43,400 nt of DNA, taken from IMG/VR virus record IMGVR_UViG_3300049173_000065, positions 1-43,400 of that record, one strand, 5' to 3'. Of this stretch, positions 18,108 to 28,091 are shown piece by piece. The first letter of the stretch is position 1. Each line of letters begins with the position of its first letter. The notes beneath the pieces are model-generated. The model was not told the DNA's origin. It saw only the letters and a list, made by a program, of their open reading frames with translations, and did no database searches. The position numbers were made by a program, and so were the translations under genes. This DNA is from a virus (Duplodnaviria > Caudoviricetes).

Positions 18108-19316
18108 CTACCTCCGAACCCCGTAGACGGCTTCTGGCATACACGCCGTGTACTGATTCCGCAGGTCGGTGGCGGCATCCCCGGACACGGCGCTGGAGCC
18201 ACCGGCTGCGACGCCGATCCAGAAGTCCATGGCCGTGGCCGCGGTCTTGATGACGCCGCCGTTGGAGTGGGCCGTGAACGTGCGGGCGGATCCGGCGGCG
18301 AACTTGTTGCCGTCGGCGTCGTTTGATGTGGCGACGACGTACCCGGACGCGGCGAAGCTGGTGTTGGTTTCCAGCGTGGAGCGGTAGGCGGCGAGTGTGG
18401 CGGAGGTGCCGATCTGAAGGTAGCCCTCGACGGTGCGGGAGCCGCGGCGCAGCGTCAGGTCGAGGGTGGCGCGGCCTGGGCTCTGGCCCTTGATGAGGCG
18501 GAGGATGCACATTTCGGGGTCGTTGCGCAGCAGGGTCGCCCCGTCCCACGAGGTGATCGACGAGGCGGAGCCTGCGACGGAGACGTTCCACAGCTTCGAG
18601 TGGTAGGCGCCGGACGTGTACGCCTGCACGTCGAGGGTCGCGGATGCGGACGGGGTGACGTTGACGAGGCCGTTCGACAGGGCCCAGCCAGCGGCGGCCA
18701 GCGGCACGTCGACTCCGTACACCTCCTGGCTGCCGGTGGTGGTGACCTTGACTCTGCCGGTGAGATAGGAGGCGGGTGCGCAGCCCCAACGCGGGGACAC
18801 GCTGGCGGGCACGCTGCGGTAGACGGTCATCGCGCCGTCTGCGCCGGTGCGGGTCATCGTCGTCGGGTTGCTGGACCCGGTGTAGTAGGCGTAGTGGCCG
18901 ATCGGCGGCGCGTGCCAGCGCTCCCCGGTGAGGGAGAAGTCGTTGAGCCGCACAGCCCCGGTCAGACGGGACTGGAGGTCGGTCTCGGCGTCCGATCCGA
19001 TCCGGTCCAGGGAGACCTTCCAGTCGGCAGTGACCATGGAGTTGAGGTACTCGGTGTACGTCGACCCTGCGGACTTGACGGTGTAGTAGCCGTTGCGTTC
19101 CGGCTTGTCCGTGAACGTCACCGGGATGCACAGTCCTGGAGTGAGGGCGTTGATGCCGTCGTGGCGTGCGATCACCTGCGCCCGGGTGAGGGGCGGGTAC
19201 GACTCCTGTCCTTCCAGGTCGAGGGTGCGGTCACCGCCGCCGCCCTCCGACGCGGTGAACGTCTCCCTCAGGGGGATGCGGCCGATGGTGAGGTCGCCCC
19301 AGTTGTACAGACTCAT
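18108..19316 (-). CDS. Minor tail protein (distal-tail position)
   Basis: ATG 19316 overlaps the TMP stop; first gene after the TMP. Confidence 0.8.
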   Translation of the reverse strand: MSLYNWGDLTIGRIPLRETFTASEGGGGDRTLDLEGQESYPPLTRAQVIARHDGINALTPGLCIPVTFTDKPERNGYYTVKSAGSTYTEYLNSMVTADWKVSLDRIGSDAETDLQSRLTGAVRLNDFSLTGERWHAPPIGHYAYYTGSSNPTTMTRTGADGAMTVYRSVPASVSPRWGCAPASYLTGRVKVTTTGSQEVYGVDVPLAAAGWALSNGLVNVTPSASATLDVQAYTSGAYHSKLWNVSVAGSASSITSWDGATLLRNDPEMCILRLIKGQSPGRATLDLTLRRGSRTVEGYLQIGTSATLAAYRSTLETNTSFAASGYVVATSNDADGNKFAAGSARTFTAHSNGGVIKTAATAMDFWIGVAAGGSSAVSGDAATDLRNQYTACMPEAVYGVRR

Positions 19317-22300
19317 CGCGCCCTCGCCTTGTCGTAGAGCCGGAGGGCTTCCTTCATTTCGGCGACCATGGCGTTGGCAGCGACCTTCCTGCTGGACGGG
19401 CTGGAGAAGTCGAACGTGCCGCTGATGGTGATGTTCTCGATCGTCACGCCGCCCGCCGTACCGCTGCTGACGAGTTGCTCGAACATGGCGGTCTGCTGCG
19501 GGTCGAGGATGCGCTCCGGGCGGCCGGTCGCGTTGACGGCCATCGTCGCGCCGGGCTGGAGGAGGCCGCCGGAGTCGTATTTCGCGGCTGGCGCGAAGCC
19601 CCACCGGGACGTGAACATGGAATCGCCAGCACCGCGAGCGGACTTGCCCATGTGGACGCCGGCGCCGCCGGACGATTCGACGTTCATTCCGGCGAGGGTG
19701 CCCGCCGTGTGCCCGACGCCGGCGTTGGTGATCCCGATCTCGAAGGGCGACTTCAGGTTCCGCACCCAGCCAGACGGGCCGCTGTTGCCGACGAACGACC
19801 CGGTCGCCCACCGGCGGTGCGGGCGCTCCCCGCGGATCACCGACTCGATCGCCGACATGAGCCCCGAGCAGTCCCAGGACGGGTTGCCGTTGCCCGCCCA
19901 CTGATAGGGAAGCCCGTTCTGGGTTTTCACCCAGGAGAGGGCCTTCTGTACGGCGGGGCCGCCGACGGCCTTCTTGTCCTCGTTGCCGAACCAGCCCATC
20001 ATGCCGTCGACGGCTTTGCCCGCGAGCCCTTTGAGGAGTCCGCCGATACCCGGACCGCCGGGGATGCGGTTGATGAGCGGGCGCACGAGCGACGACAGGG
20101 CTTTGCTGGCCGCTGACTTCAGGCCGCCGATGACGAGGTCCTTGGCCCAGTCGGCGGCCCCGCTGACGGCGCCGCCGATCGCGGAGGTGACCTTGCCGAT
20201 GATGCCGCCGGACGCGAAGTGCTGGATGCCGCCCTGGTAGCGCCGCTTCTCCTCCTGTCGGGAGGGGTTGCCGCCGGTCTTGGTGGGGCGGTCCTGGCCG
20301 AGCATGGCGTCGATGGCGCGGTGGCCGCCGAGTTGGGCGACCTGCGGGTTGGACAGGATGCGTTCGCCGGGTTCGAGCATGGCGGGGACGATGTCGCCTT
20401 TGCCGGTGCCGGGGACGGTGCCGCCCTTGTTGAAGCCGAGGCTGATAGCCGGAAGGGTGATCTTGCTGGAGATCTTGCCTGCGATGCCGTTCCACATTTT
20501 ACGGAGGCCGTCGTTGTACACGTGCGAGACAACCCACCGGACAGGCGCGGCGAACCCGGACTGGATGCCCTTGAACAGGTTCCCCGTGCCATCCCGCAGC
20601 GCCCTGACCGCGTTGAGCATCCACGTTTTGAAGTCGCCCAGCTTGGATCGCAGGACGCCCAGGCCGCTCGACAGCTTCGAGGAGACGCCGCTCCACAGGC
20701 TGGACCAGGTGTTCGTGAACGACGTCTTCAGCCCCGACACCCAGTTCAGCACCGACGCCTTCGCGCTCGACAGGGAGGTGCGGAAGCCGTTCCAGAAGCT
20801 GCTCCACCGGTCGGTGACCGCCTTCCACAGGCTGTTCCACGTGTTGACGACCCAGTTCTTCAGGGCCGTGTAGATCTCCTTCGTGCGCGTCCACAGTCTC
20901 GTGAACCAACTGATGATCGCCTTGACCATGTCCGGGATGATCGAGTGGCCGACCAGGTAGTCGAACAGCGACTTGAAGCCGTCCGCGATCCACTTCACGA
21001 CCTTGGTGACGCCGTCAGCCAGCTTCGTCAGCCAGCCGATCACCGTGGTGATGACCGGCACCAGCAGGCCGATCGCACCCGCCAGCACCGTCGCCAGCAG
21101 CGACGCCAACCCCGTAATCAGCGGCATCAGTGGCGTGATCACCTGCAACGCCAACGCCAGCAGCGCCGTCGCGAGCTGCGACAGTGGCGGAATCAACGGC
21201 AGCAGCGCCGTCACCAGCTGAGGGAACATCGGTGCCAGCCCGGCGATGAGCTGGCCCGCCATCTTGATGATCGGTACCAAACCGGCCACCACCGGCGCGA
21301 GGCCCTGGGCGAGCGCGGCGATCAGCGGCACCAGCGCGGCCCCGAGCGCCGACAGCATCGGCGCCCACGCCGAAATGAACGCCCCGACCAGATCACCCAA
21401 CGGCTTCAGTAGCGGCAGCAAGCCGCGCACGATCCCCATCAGGACGCCACCGATGTCCTTCACGATCGGCAGCAGCGCATCGATGATCGGAGCCAGCGCC
21501 TGGCCCAACGCCGTCGCGAGCTCGGCCAGCACCGGCCCGAACTTTGTCGCGAGCTCCGTGACGACCGGTGCGAGCGCGGCCAGCAGCGGCATCACCGCCT
21601 GGATCACCGCGCCGAGTGTGCCGGCCAGCAACTTCGCGATCGCGTTGACGGCCTGGAAGATCGACGTGAGGGCCTGCTGTACCTCCGGCATGGCCGTGAT
21701 GCGCCGTAGCTCGGCGAACACCGACCCGAGCGCCCCGAGCGCGTTTCCGCCCCCTGCGGCGGCGGCCTTCATGATGTTGCCGACCGTCCCGAAGATGTCG
21801 CCGAGGAGGGCGCCGAACTGCTTCGCAACGTCGATGCCGCGGTTGATGGACTCTTCCAACTTGCCCGACGCGAGTCCGTCGCTGATCTTCTTGGAGATCC
21901 GGTCTCCGGCGTCCCCGGCAGCCTTGGTCAGCCGCTGGAAGGCGGGCGACGCCGCGATGGACAGCTCAGTCAGGCCCTTCAAGAACTGGGCGGGGGCCCT
22001 GTTGAGGTTCGCGAACCCGGCATTCAGTCCGTCGAACATCTGCCGCAGTTTGCCCGTCTTCGACAACTCGATGATCGCGCCCGCCGCGTTCTTCCCCATC
22101 GCGTTCAGGTTTCGGGCCATCCCCACCAGCCCGACCGTCAACGGCGGCACGACTGCGGTAGTGAGATTGGCGAACGTGCTCCCGAGCCCGCGGAACAGGG
22201 CATCCTGCACATCGAGTTTCAGGCCGCGCCAGGCGGCGCCCTGCGAGATGACGGCGTTCACGAACTCGCGGGCGTTCGGCGACAACTTGGCCATCGCCTC

Positions 22301-24118
22301 CGCCAGCTTGTTCACCGCGCTGGCGCCCGCCGTTTGCGCGTCCGCCAGCGCGCGGGCGGCATCCGCCACGGCAGCCTGCGCGTCAGCGATGCCGCGTGCC
22401 CCGTCCACGGCGGCCTTCGCGGCCCCCGCTCGCGCGTCGGCGACATCCCGCTCAGCTTTCGCGACCTGCTCAGCCGAGTCCTTCGCCACCTTCGCCACAG
22501 CAGCCTGAGCATCGGCCACATCCCGCTGCGCCTTCGCGACCTTCTGCGCCCCCTCCACCTGCGTCTTCGCAGCTTCAGTCTCGGCATCCTTCAACGCCTT
22601 GGCCTTGTCGATCGCCGCCTGATCGGCGTCCACGATCCCCTGTTTGGCCTTCGCTACCGCTTCGGAGCCCTCGACGCCGGCCTTGTTCGCCGCTTCGACC
22701 TGCGCCTGCAACCGCTGCTGATCGATCTCCTGTTCTTTCAGGTGCTGGACGGCCTCGTCGTAGGTGAGCTGGGCTTCTTCGCGTTGCCGCTGGGACGCGG
22801 CCGGGTTCGCGAGGGTCTTATCGAGGCCGGCCTTGGCGTCCTGGACTCGCAGGACCGCCTCGCGGTGGTCGAGTTCGCCATCGACCAGTTGGTTGTTCAG
22901 ATCTACGAGCTGCTCGGCGGCGCTCTTACGTGCCTGGGTGAGGTCCTCCTGTGCCCGCTTCTCTGCTTTCTGTGCGTCGGCAAGGTCCCGCTCGGCCTCG
23001 GCTACGGACTCGACGGCACGCCGGTTGGCGTCGGCGACATCGGAGACGGTGTTCTTCAGGCTCTGCTGCGCGTCGGCGACATCACGGGCAGCCCTCACCC
23101 GGTCTGCCGCAGCGTTGACCTCGATGTCCTTGAGGTTCTGCTGCGCGTCAGCGATCTGCCGGGCCGCCTGCACGCGTGCTGCGGCGGCGTTGACCTCGGC
23201 GTCCTTCACGCCCTGCTGAGCCTTCGCGAGAGAGCGCTGAGCGGCTTCTACGCGGCGTGTCGACGACTCTGCTGCGGCGCCGGAGGTAACGGCCGGCGCG
23301 AACGCCGCCTTGAAGGCATCCCCGATACCGGACGTGCCGACCTTGACCGCAGCGAACGCCGCTGCGAGCGACAGGATCGCGGGAGCGGCGACGGCGGCGG
23401 CCGGGCCCATAGCGACGATCGACTGGCCGAGCGAGGCGAGGGTAGGCAAGGCGCCCACGACGACCGCGGCCAGCTGCGCGATGCGGGAGGAGAGAATGCC
23501 GACTCCGCCCGCGCTGCCAGAGGCGTTGCCGCCCAGCCCGCCCAGCCCGGCGAGGCTGCCAAGCATGCGGGCGCGGACGTTGACGGTGCGGTCTCGGGTG
23601 AGGTGGCGCAGGCTGGTGGTGGCGTCTGCGGTGTCGGCTCGGGCCTGCACGGTCATGGTCCGACGGCGGGTGAGGTTGGCGAGACTGTCAGCGGCCACGC
23701 GGGTGTCGACGTCGACACCGATACGGACCTGGCGGCGCTGCAGCAGGTTCTTGATCTCGGCGGCGGCAACCCGCGTGTCCACCGAGGCGCGGATATTGAC
23801 GACGCGGTCGGCCGTCAGCCTGTCGAGCTGGGCGCGGGCCCGGTTGAGTGCCGCGTCCTGCAACTTGGGGATCAGGTTGACGGTGAGGTCCTGCATCCGC
23901 AGCCGGGACAGTGCCGTCTGGTCGAGGTCGACCTTCACCTTGAGGGAGCGTTCGCGGGAGAAGCGTTCGAGGCGGGCGATGGCGTCTCGGTCGTCCAGCT
24001 TGAGCTGGACGCCGACGGTGTTCCGCTTCGACCTGAGCCGGTCCATGGCGCGGTCGTAGGCGGACTCGTCGGCGGTGACCTCGACGTAGCCCTCCGCGAT
24101 GCGAAAGCTGCCGGCCAT
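19313..24118 (-). CDS. Tape measure protein with C-terminal NlpC/P60-like domain
   Basis: 1601 aa, Ala-rich coiled coil, Pro/Leu and Trp repeats; PYQWAG...WDCSG...GHTAG near the C-terminus. Confidence 0.93.
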   Translation of the reverse strand: MAGSFRIAEGYVEVTADESAYDRAMDRLRSKRNTVGVQLKLDDRDAIARLERFSRERSLKVKVDLDQTALSRLRMQDLTVNLIPKLQDAALNRARAQLDRLTADRVVNIRASVDTRVAAAEIKNLLQRRQVRIGVDVDTRVAADSLANLTRRRTMTVQARADTADATTSLRHLTRDRTVNVRARMLGSLAGLGGLGGNASGSAGGVGILSSRIAQLAAVVVGALPTLASLGQSIVAMGPAAAVAAPAILSLAAAFAAVKVGTSGIGDAFKAAFAPAVTSGAAAESSTRRVEAAQRSLAKAQQGVKDAEVNAAAARVQAARQIADAQQNLKDIEVNAAADRVRAARDVADAQQSLKNTVSDVADANRRAVESVAEAERDLADAQKAEKRAQEDLTQARKSAAEQLVDLNNQLVDGELDHREAVLRVQDAKAGLDKTLANPAASQRQREEAQLTYDEAVQHLKEQEIDQQRLQAQVEAANKAGVEGSEAVAKAKQGIVDADQAAIDKAKALKDAETEAAKTQVEGAQKVAKAQRDVADAQAAVAKVAKDSAEQVAKAERDVADARAGAAKAAVDGARGIADAQAAVADAARALADAQTAGASAVNKLAEAMAKLSPNAREFVNAVISQGAAWRGLKLDVQDALFRGLGSTFANLTTAVVPPLTVGLVGMARNLNAMGKNAAGAIIELSKTGKLRQMFDGLNAGFANLNRAPAQFLKGLTELSIAASPAFQRLTKAAGDAGDRISKKISDGLASGKLEESINRGIDVAKQFGALLGDIFGTVGNIMKAAAAGGGNALGALGSVFAELRRITAMPEVQQALTSIFQAVNAIAKLLAGTLGAVIQAVMPLLAALAPVVTELATKFGPVLAELATALGQALAPIIDALLPIVKDIGGVLMGIVRGLLPLLKPLGDLVGAFISAWAPMLSALGAALVPLIAALAQGLAPVVAGLVPIIKMAGQLIAGLAPMFPQLVTALLPLIPPLSQLATALLALALQVITPLMPLITGLASLLATVLAGAIGLLVPVITTVIGWLTKLADGVTKVVKWIADGFKSLFDYLVGHSIIPDMVKAIISWFTRLWTRTKEIYTALKNWVVNTWNSLWKAVTDRWSSFWNGFRTSLSSAKASVLNWVSGLKTSFTNTWSSLWSGVSSKLSSGLGVLRSKLGDFKTWMLNAVRALRDGTGNLFKGIQSGFAAPVRWVVSHVYNDGLRKMWNGIAGKISSKITLPAISLGFNKGGTVPGTGKGDIVPAMLEPGERILSNPQVAQLGGHRAIDAMLGQDRPTKTGGNPSRQEEKRRYQGGIQHFASGGIIGKVTSAIGGAVSGAADWAKDLVIGGLKSAASKALSSLVRPLINRIPGGPGIGGLLKGLAGKAVDGMMGWFGNEDKKAVGGPAVQKALSWVKTQNGLPYQWAGNGNPSWDCSGLMSAIESVIRGERPHRRWATGSFVGNSGPSGWVRNLKSPFEIGITNAGVGHTAGTLAGMNVESSGGAGVHMGKSARGAGDSMFTSRWGFAPAAKYDSGGLLQPGATMAVNATGRPERILDPQQTAMFEQLVSSGTAGGVTIENITISGTFDFSSPSSRKVAANAMVAEMKEALRLYDKARAR

Positions 24119-24121
24119 GTC

Positions 24122-24511
24122 CTACCCTCCCTGCCCCACGCTGACCAGGCCCGGGAACTGCATCCGGAATGCGGTCAGGCTGACTTCTTTGACTCCGTCG
24201 TCCTGGGCGGGCGCGGAGGTGCTGCGGGTGCGGGTTGGGGTCGTGCCGGGTCGTGGTTCTTCTCGTTCGGCTTCGGCGCGGGCAGCCATGACGCCGGTGT
24301 AGGCGGTGAGCCGGTGCGCGAGGGCGAAGTAGCGGCGGGCGCTGATCTCGCTGCGGTCGAGGTCGATGCCGTAGATGGCGAGGAAGTCAGCGTCCAGGTC
24401 GTCGAGATGGTCGAGGACCCACATCACCTGCTCCAGCCGGGCCCCGGTCTCTTCAAGCCAGGCCGCGCCGTACAGCCACTCATGCAGGCGGGTCAGCCAC
24501 GCGCTTTTCCC
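24122..24511 (-). CDS. Tail assembly chaperone, frameshifted extension (gpGT-like)
   Basis: -1 frame is open from the GGGAAAA site: KSAWLTRLHEWLYG...VMWVLDHLDDLDADF... Confidence 0.8.
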   Translation of the reverse strand, partial: GKSAWLTRLHEWLYGAAWLEETGARLEQVMWVLDHLDDLDADFLAIYGIDLDRSEISARRYFALAHRLTAYTGVMAARAEAEREEPRPGTTPTRTRSTSAPAQDDGVKEVSLTAFRMQFPGLVSVGQGG

Positions 24512-24897
24512 TCCTCCTTCTTCTCCTTCTGGCCCAGAGCGAGATCGACGATGAGCTTCACGATCCGCTCCAGCTGGTCTTCCGTCACGGCCTTGGACTG
24601 TTCCAGCGCCATGTACGCGTCCTCGCCCAGGACGCGGATCAGGAGCGGTGGCGTCGCCAGTTCGTGGCCGGACTCGCGGGCCTGGCGCAGGTACTGCAAC
24701 GCCGCGCCCGGGGGGATTTCCTTCGGGATCGTGTACTCGGTGTCGCCGATGAAGAACAGCGGGACGCGCTCTTCCTCGACCTCGTCGTCGCTGGGGATGT
24801 GGATCGGTTCGAAGCCGTCCAGCGGGTCGCTGAGCGGGGCGGGTTTGACTGCGGCCCGCTTCCGGGCCGCAGTCGTCTGACGGGTGGTGGATGCCAT
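24493..24897 (-). CDS. Tail assembly chaperone (gpG-like)
   Basis: Between the major tail gene and the TMP; GAGGAG RBS; ends ...EEGKARG over the slippery site. Confidence 0.85.
   Translation of the reverse strand: MASTTRQTTAARKRAAVKPAPLSDPLDGFEPIHIPSDDEVEEERVPLFFIGDTEYTIPKEIPPGAALQYLRQARESGHELATPPLLIRVLGEDAYMALEQSKAVTEDQLERIVKLIVDLALGQKEKKEEGKARG
24505..24511 (-). other. Programmed -1 ribosomal frameshift slippery heptamer G GGA AAA
   Basis: X XXY YYZ in the correct phase at the end of the TAC gene; joins the downstream ORF. Confidence 0.85.
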
Positions 24898-24938
24898 GGG
24901 TGGTGCTCCTCGAAGCCGGGCAGGGTGCGCGGGTTGGG

Positions 24939-25499
24939 CTAGCTGGTCTGGTCGACGATGTGGAAGGGGGTGATGACGCTGCTGACGTAGTGGCCGGCGA
25001 ACTTGGCGGGGATGAGGACCTGCTTGTCCTTGGTGTAGGCGAGGTCGACGGAGTCGATGTTGAGCATGCGGCGGCCGATGACGCGGCGCCGGTACTGGTT
25101 GGGTGCGTAGCCGTCGAGGATGAGGGCGATGTACGTCGGCTGGGTGGCGCTGGACGACACGTTGGGGTCGAACGACTTGTAGCCCGCGCCGGATGCTGCG
25201 GTGCCGCCGTTGAGAGTGAGCGACAGGTTTTCCAACGTCGGCTCCGCGAGGGAGGTCTCGATCGTGAAGTCCTGCTTCGTCAGCCTGGAGCCGACGCGAA
25301 GGGTGATCTGGTCGACCTCCAGCTCGCTGTAGGTCTGGTCGACATTGAGCTTGACGCCGTCCTGGGTGCCGCCGAGGTCGGTCCACGCGGACGCGGCCGG
25401 GGTGGTGTTCACCGCGGTGTCGGCGGGCTCGGTGGCGCCGTACGCGCCCGAGTACAGGGTCGCGGGACCCTGAATGAGGTTTGTGGTGATAACGGACAT
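24939..25499 (-). CDS. Major tail (tube) protein
   Basis: WTDLGGTQDGV motif, 186 aa, position before the TAC. Confidence 0.85.
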   Translation of the reverse strand: MSVITTNLIQGPATLYSGAYGATEPADTAVNTTPAASAWTDLGGTQDGVKLNVDQTYSELEVDQITLRVGSRLTKQDFTIETSLAEPTLENLSLTLNGGTAASGAGYKSFDPNVSSSATQPTYIALILDGYAPNQYRRRVIGRRMLNIDSVDLAYTKDKQVLIPAKFAGHYVSSVITPFHIVDQTS

Positions 25500-25503
25500 A
25501 TCG

Positions 25504-25692
25504 TCAGCTCTCCTTGCTGCCGGCCACGCCGGACGTCTTCTTGGTGGTGGTCGGCTCAGGTACGGCCAGGGTCGTCACGGTCTTGGAGGCGTCGGCGAGG
25601 AGGAGTCCCTGCCGCTGGAGGTCGAGGTAGTCGGCGTCGTCGACCTCGATCTCCCGGTCTGGCTGCATGGTGGTCCGGACGGTGCGGCTCAT
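25504..25692 (-). CDS. Small hypothetical protein (MSRTVRTTMQPDREIEV...)
   Basis: GAGGAG RBS; ATGA coupling. Confidence 0.65.
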   Translation of the reverse strand: MSRTVRTTMQPDREIEVDDADYLDLQRQGLLLADASKTVTTLAVPEPTTTKKTSGVAGSKES

Positions 25693-25916
25693 CGGTAGTT
25701 GCTCCTCACGAGCGGGAACTGGTGGTGGGAGAACTGCGGGTGGAAGCGCAGCTCGATGGTCTGCTCGGGCGAGATACTCCGCGGGCAGTCGACGATGCGA
25801 ATGTCTCCGGTGAGGAGGAACTCCAACTCGCCCCGGCTGTTGTGGACGATGACCCGGCCGTTCCAGGTGAGGAGCTGCCCGTGCGGGGTGCGCTCCTGGA
25901 TCGCGTAGCGGCTCAC
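25689..25916 (-). CDS. Small hypothetical protein
   Basis: GGAGG RBS; GTGA coupling. Confidence 0.65.
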   Translation of the reverse strand: MSRYAIQERTPHGQLLTWNGRVIVHNSRGELEFLLTGDIRIVDCPRSISPEQTIELRFHPQFSHHQFPLVRSNYR

Positions 25917-26362
25917 GCGGGTACCTCCGTCCAGGCGATGACGAGGCCGGGAATGTCGTAGCGGGCGTACGAAGACGGGTCGTCAGGAATCCGCCGGTGC
26001 TCGCCCGTCGTGTACGCCGACAGCACCCGCGCGGCCGGGTAACCGGTCGGCAAGGTGAGGCGCTGCGGGATCGCCGGGTGGTTGTAGCAGGCGGCCTGAA
26101 TTGCCTCGGCGAGGGCGGCGGCCTTGTTCCACGGCGGCTTCTGGCTGTCGGCGTTAAACGCCCAGCAGCTGACGCCCATGACGGGCTCCCGCAGGGGGAC
26201 GTACAGGTTGGGGGTGCCGCCGGCCGCAACGAGGGTGCAGAACCCGGACGCAGCCCACGACGCGTTGTCTTTGGGGAGGGTGGTGGCGACGCGGTCGCCG
26301 ACGATCGTCTTCAGCCAGGCGGTGGCGACGAGTTCGGGGGTGGCCCGCAGTTGGAGGCTCAT
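25913..26362 (-). CDS. Tail terminator / tail completion protein
   Basis: Position and size upstream of the tail tube gene. Confidence 0.7.
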   Translation of the reverse strand: MSLQLRATPELVATAWLKTIVGDRVATTLPKDNASWAASGFCTLVAAGGTPNLYVPLREPVMGVSCWAFNADSQKPPWNKAAALAEAIQAACYNHPAIPQRLTLPTGYPAARVLSAYTTGEHRRIPDDPSSYARYDIPGLVIAWTEVPA

Positions 26363-26730
26363 GCGGTCCTCCGCTGGAACAGGGCGGGCCGCAGGTAAGG
26401 CATGGGCTCTGTGCCGGGGTGGTTGACGCGGGCCACCGGGTGGTCGGCGCCGGGCCAGTACAGGGCCTTCTTGTTCCGTGGCGTGATGACGTGCGCGGGC
26501 GTTCCGAGTTCGACGTCAGCCGCGTAGTTGCAGTCGAGGGACCCGACCCGCAGCACCTTGTCGTGGCACTCCGCCCGCAGACTGTCGTGGAGGCGGCCCG
26601 TGCGCTTGCGGACGTAGCCGCGGGCGTCACCGAGGATCGCCCGGCCGATGGTGTCTTCCATCCAGCCGTTGATCGCCGCATCAACATGCGCCCGTGCTGA
26701 CGGGTCGATCCGCACACCGGATCGCGCCAT
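26359..26730 (-). CDS. HK97 gp10-like neck/tail completion protein
   Basis: RTGRLHDS, YAADVELGT, HPGTEPMPYLRPAL motifs. Confidence 0.85.
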   Translation of the reverse strand: MARSGVRIDPSARAHVDAAINGWMEDTIGRAILGDARGYVRKRTGRLHDSLRAECHDKVLRVGSLDCNYAADVELGTPAHVITPRNKKALYWPGADHPVARVNHPGTEPMPYLRPALFQRRTA

Positions 26731-26804
26731 GGCCGCCTCCTCTCCGAAGCCGGTCTCGTACGTGTGGCCGCCCGGTCTCCCCGGGCGTCTGGCCTATTCG
26801 GTTG

Positions 26805-27134
26805 TCAGGTCGTGCGGCGCAGGTCGAGGCGGCGATCCACCTCGAATGCGGGGTTCGTCATGCCGGACACGGCATCGACGATGTAGACAGCGCCCGTCCG
26901 CTCGTCGCGGAGCCGGTCCTGGTCGGTGACGTCAGTGTGGGCCGGGAGCCGGGCAACGGCGTACCGGACGGTGCGCGGCGTCGGATCATCCCGGGTGGTG
27001 ACGCGGCGGGACTGCTCGGTAAGCGCCGCCGGGACGCCGGTGGCGATAGCCGTGTCGGTGTCCTGCTCGTCGCCGTATGCGTCCGTCGTGGTGCCCCGCA
27101 GGATGGATACCGTGGTGGTCGCGATCGCCTGCAT
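26805..27134 (-). CDS. Head closure (stopper) protein
   Basis: TVSILRG...DAYGD, DRLRD...YIVDAV pattern; position. Confidence 0.7.
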   Translation of the reverse strand: MQAIATTTVSILRGTTTDAYGDEQDTDTAIATGVPAALTEQSRRVTTRDDPTPRTVRYAVARLPAHTDVTDQDRLRDERTGAVYIVDAVSGMTNPAFEVDRRLDLRRTT

Positions 27135-27577
27135 CACGCACCGCCCCGGTACGGAGCCCACATCAGCGAGTCGTCCGCAGCGTCCGAGAGGACGTTCCCG
27201 ACCGGGCCCGCACCCTCGATCGCCGAGCGGATGTGCACGGTCCGGGACCGCATCCACGACACCTTTCGCAGGGCGCGGGCGGCCATCGGAGCAAGGACCA
27301 GGCCGTCACCCGTCAGCGTGGACGACACCTGGTCCTGCTGGATCTGCGTGGCATCCAGCCGCGTCTCCAAACCGAACTGGCCCGCCACCCACGCTGCCTG
27401 ACGGGCGACGGCCCGGCCCAGCCAGTAGAGATCCCTCGTTCGGATCCGCGCAGTGTCCTCGTACACGCGGCCGGTGAAGATCTCGATGTCGTCCTGCGCC
27501 TGGGCGAGCTGCTGATCCGTCACCGACACGCCGGTGACGTTGATGACCTGCTGCGGTGTTGCCCAGGCGTCGACCAT
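27134..27577 (-). CDS. Head-to-tail adaptor
   Basis: WATPQQV N-terminus; position after the capsid genes. Confidence 0.7.
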   Translation of the reverse strand: MVDAWATPQQVINVTGVSVTDQQLAQAQDDIEIFTGRVYEDTARIRTRDLYWLGRAVARQAAWVAGQFGLETRLDATQIQQDQVSSTLTGDGLVLAPMAARALRKVSWMRSRTVHIRSAIEGAGPVGNVLSDAADDSLMWAPYRGGA

Positions 27578-28026
27578 CAGGCGTCCTTGCTGCTGCTGGT
27601 GTCGCCGCCGGCGTCCTCGATGATGTCCCGAGGCGTCGTGGTGTCCTCCGGGTGGTGGTCCACCGACGCGGGCACCGTGTCCACCGAGTAGGTGAGGGTC
27701 ACGGACTGCCCGTCGGGGTGGTCCTCGGCGCCGTCGAAGGCGACGTCGCCGCGCGGGTGGAGACCGCGCTGGATCGCCTCGTTCGCGACCCCGGCCTTGT
27801 TGGCTTCGTGCTGGTACTCCTCGCCCGTCCAGTCGCGGTCGAGGACGACGAACTCCTTGACGAAGCGGGTGCCGTCGCTGCCGTCGGCGGATCGCTTGTC
27901 GACCTCGACGTCGGGTGCGCCGGCCTTGGCGGGGAACTGCTTCTGCTGAAGCTGCTCTTCCGACGCATTGGTGGCCGACGCCTGTTCGGCCGTGGTCTTG
28001 CTGCTGGTGGTCTTCCTCGCTGCCAT
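27577..28026 (-). CDS. Acidic hypothetical virion-region protein
   Basis: GGGAGGT RBS; directly after the major capsid gene. Confidence 0.7.
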   Translation of the reverse strand: MAARKTTSSKTTAEQASATNASEEQLQQKQFPAKAGAPDVEVDKRSADGSDGTRFVKEFVVLDRDWTGEEYQHEANKAGVANEAIQRGLHPRGDVAFDGAEDHPDGQSVTLTYSVDTVPASVDHHPEDTTTPRDIIEDAGGDTSSSKDA

Positions 28027-28047
28027 GGCTCACCTCCCTGCTGGCCG

Positions 28048-28077
28048 CCGTACCGCCCGGAGCCACGGGCAGCACGG
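28048..28077 (-). terminator. Stem-loop downstream of the major capsid gene (partial terminator or stabiliser)
   Basis: mRNA CCGTGCTGCCC...GGGCGGTACGG. Confidence 0.45.
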
Positions 28078-28091
28078 GGTAAGAGGGATGG

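Noticed and set aside
22334-24880. 848-aa plus-strand ORF and similar long antisense ORFs (for example 32393..34192, 1672..2847)
   Set aside because: Shadows of well-supported minus-strand genes
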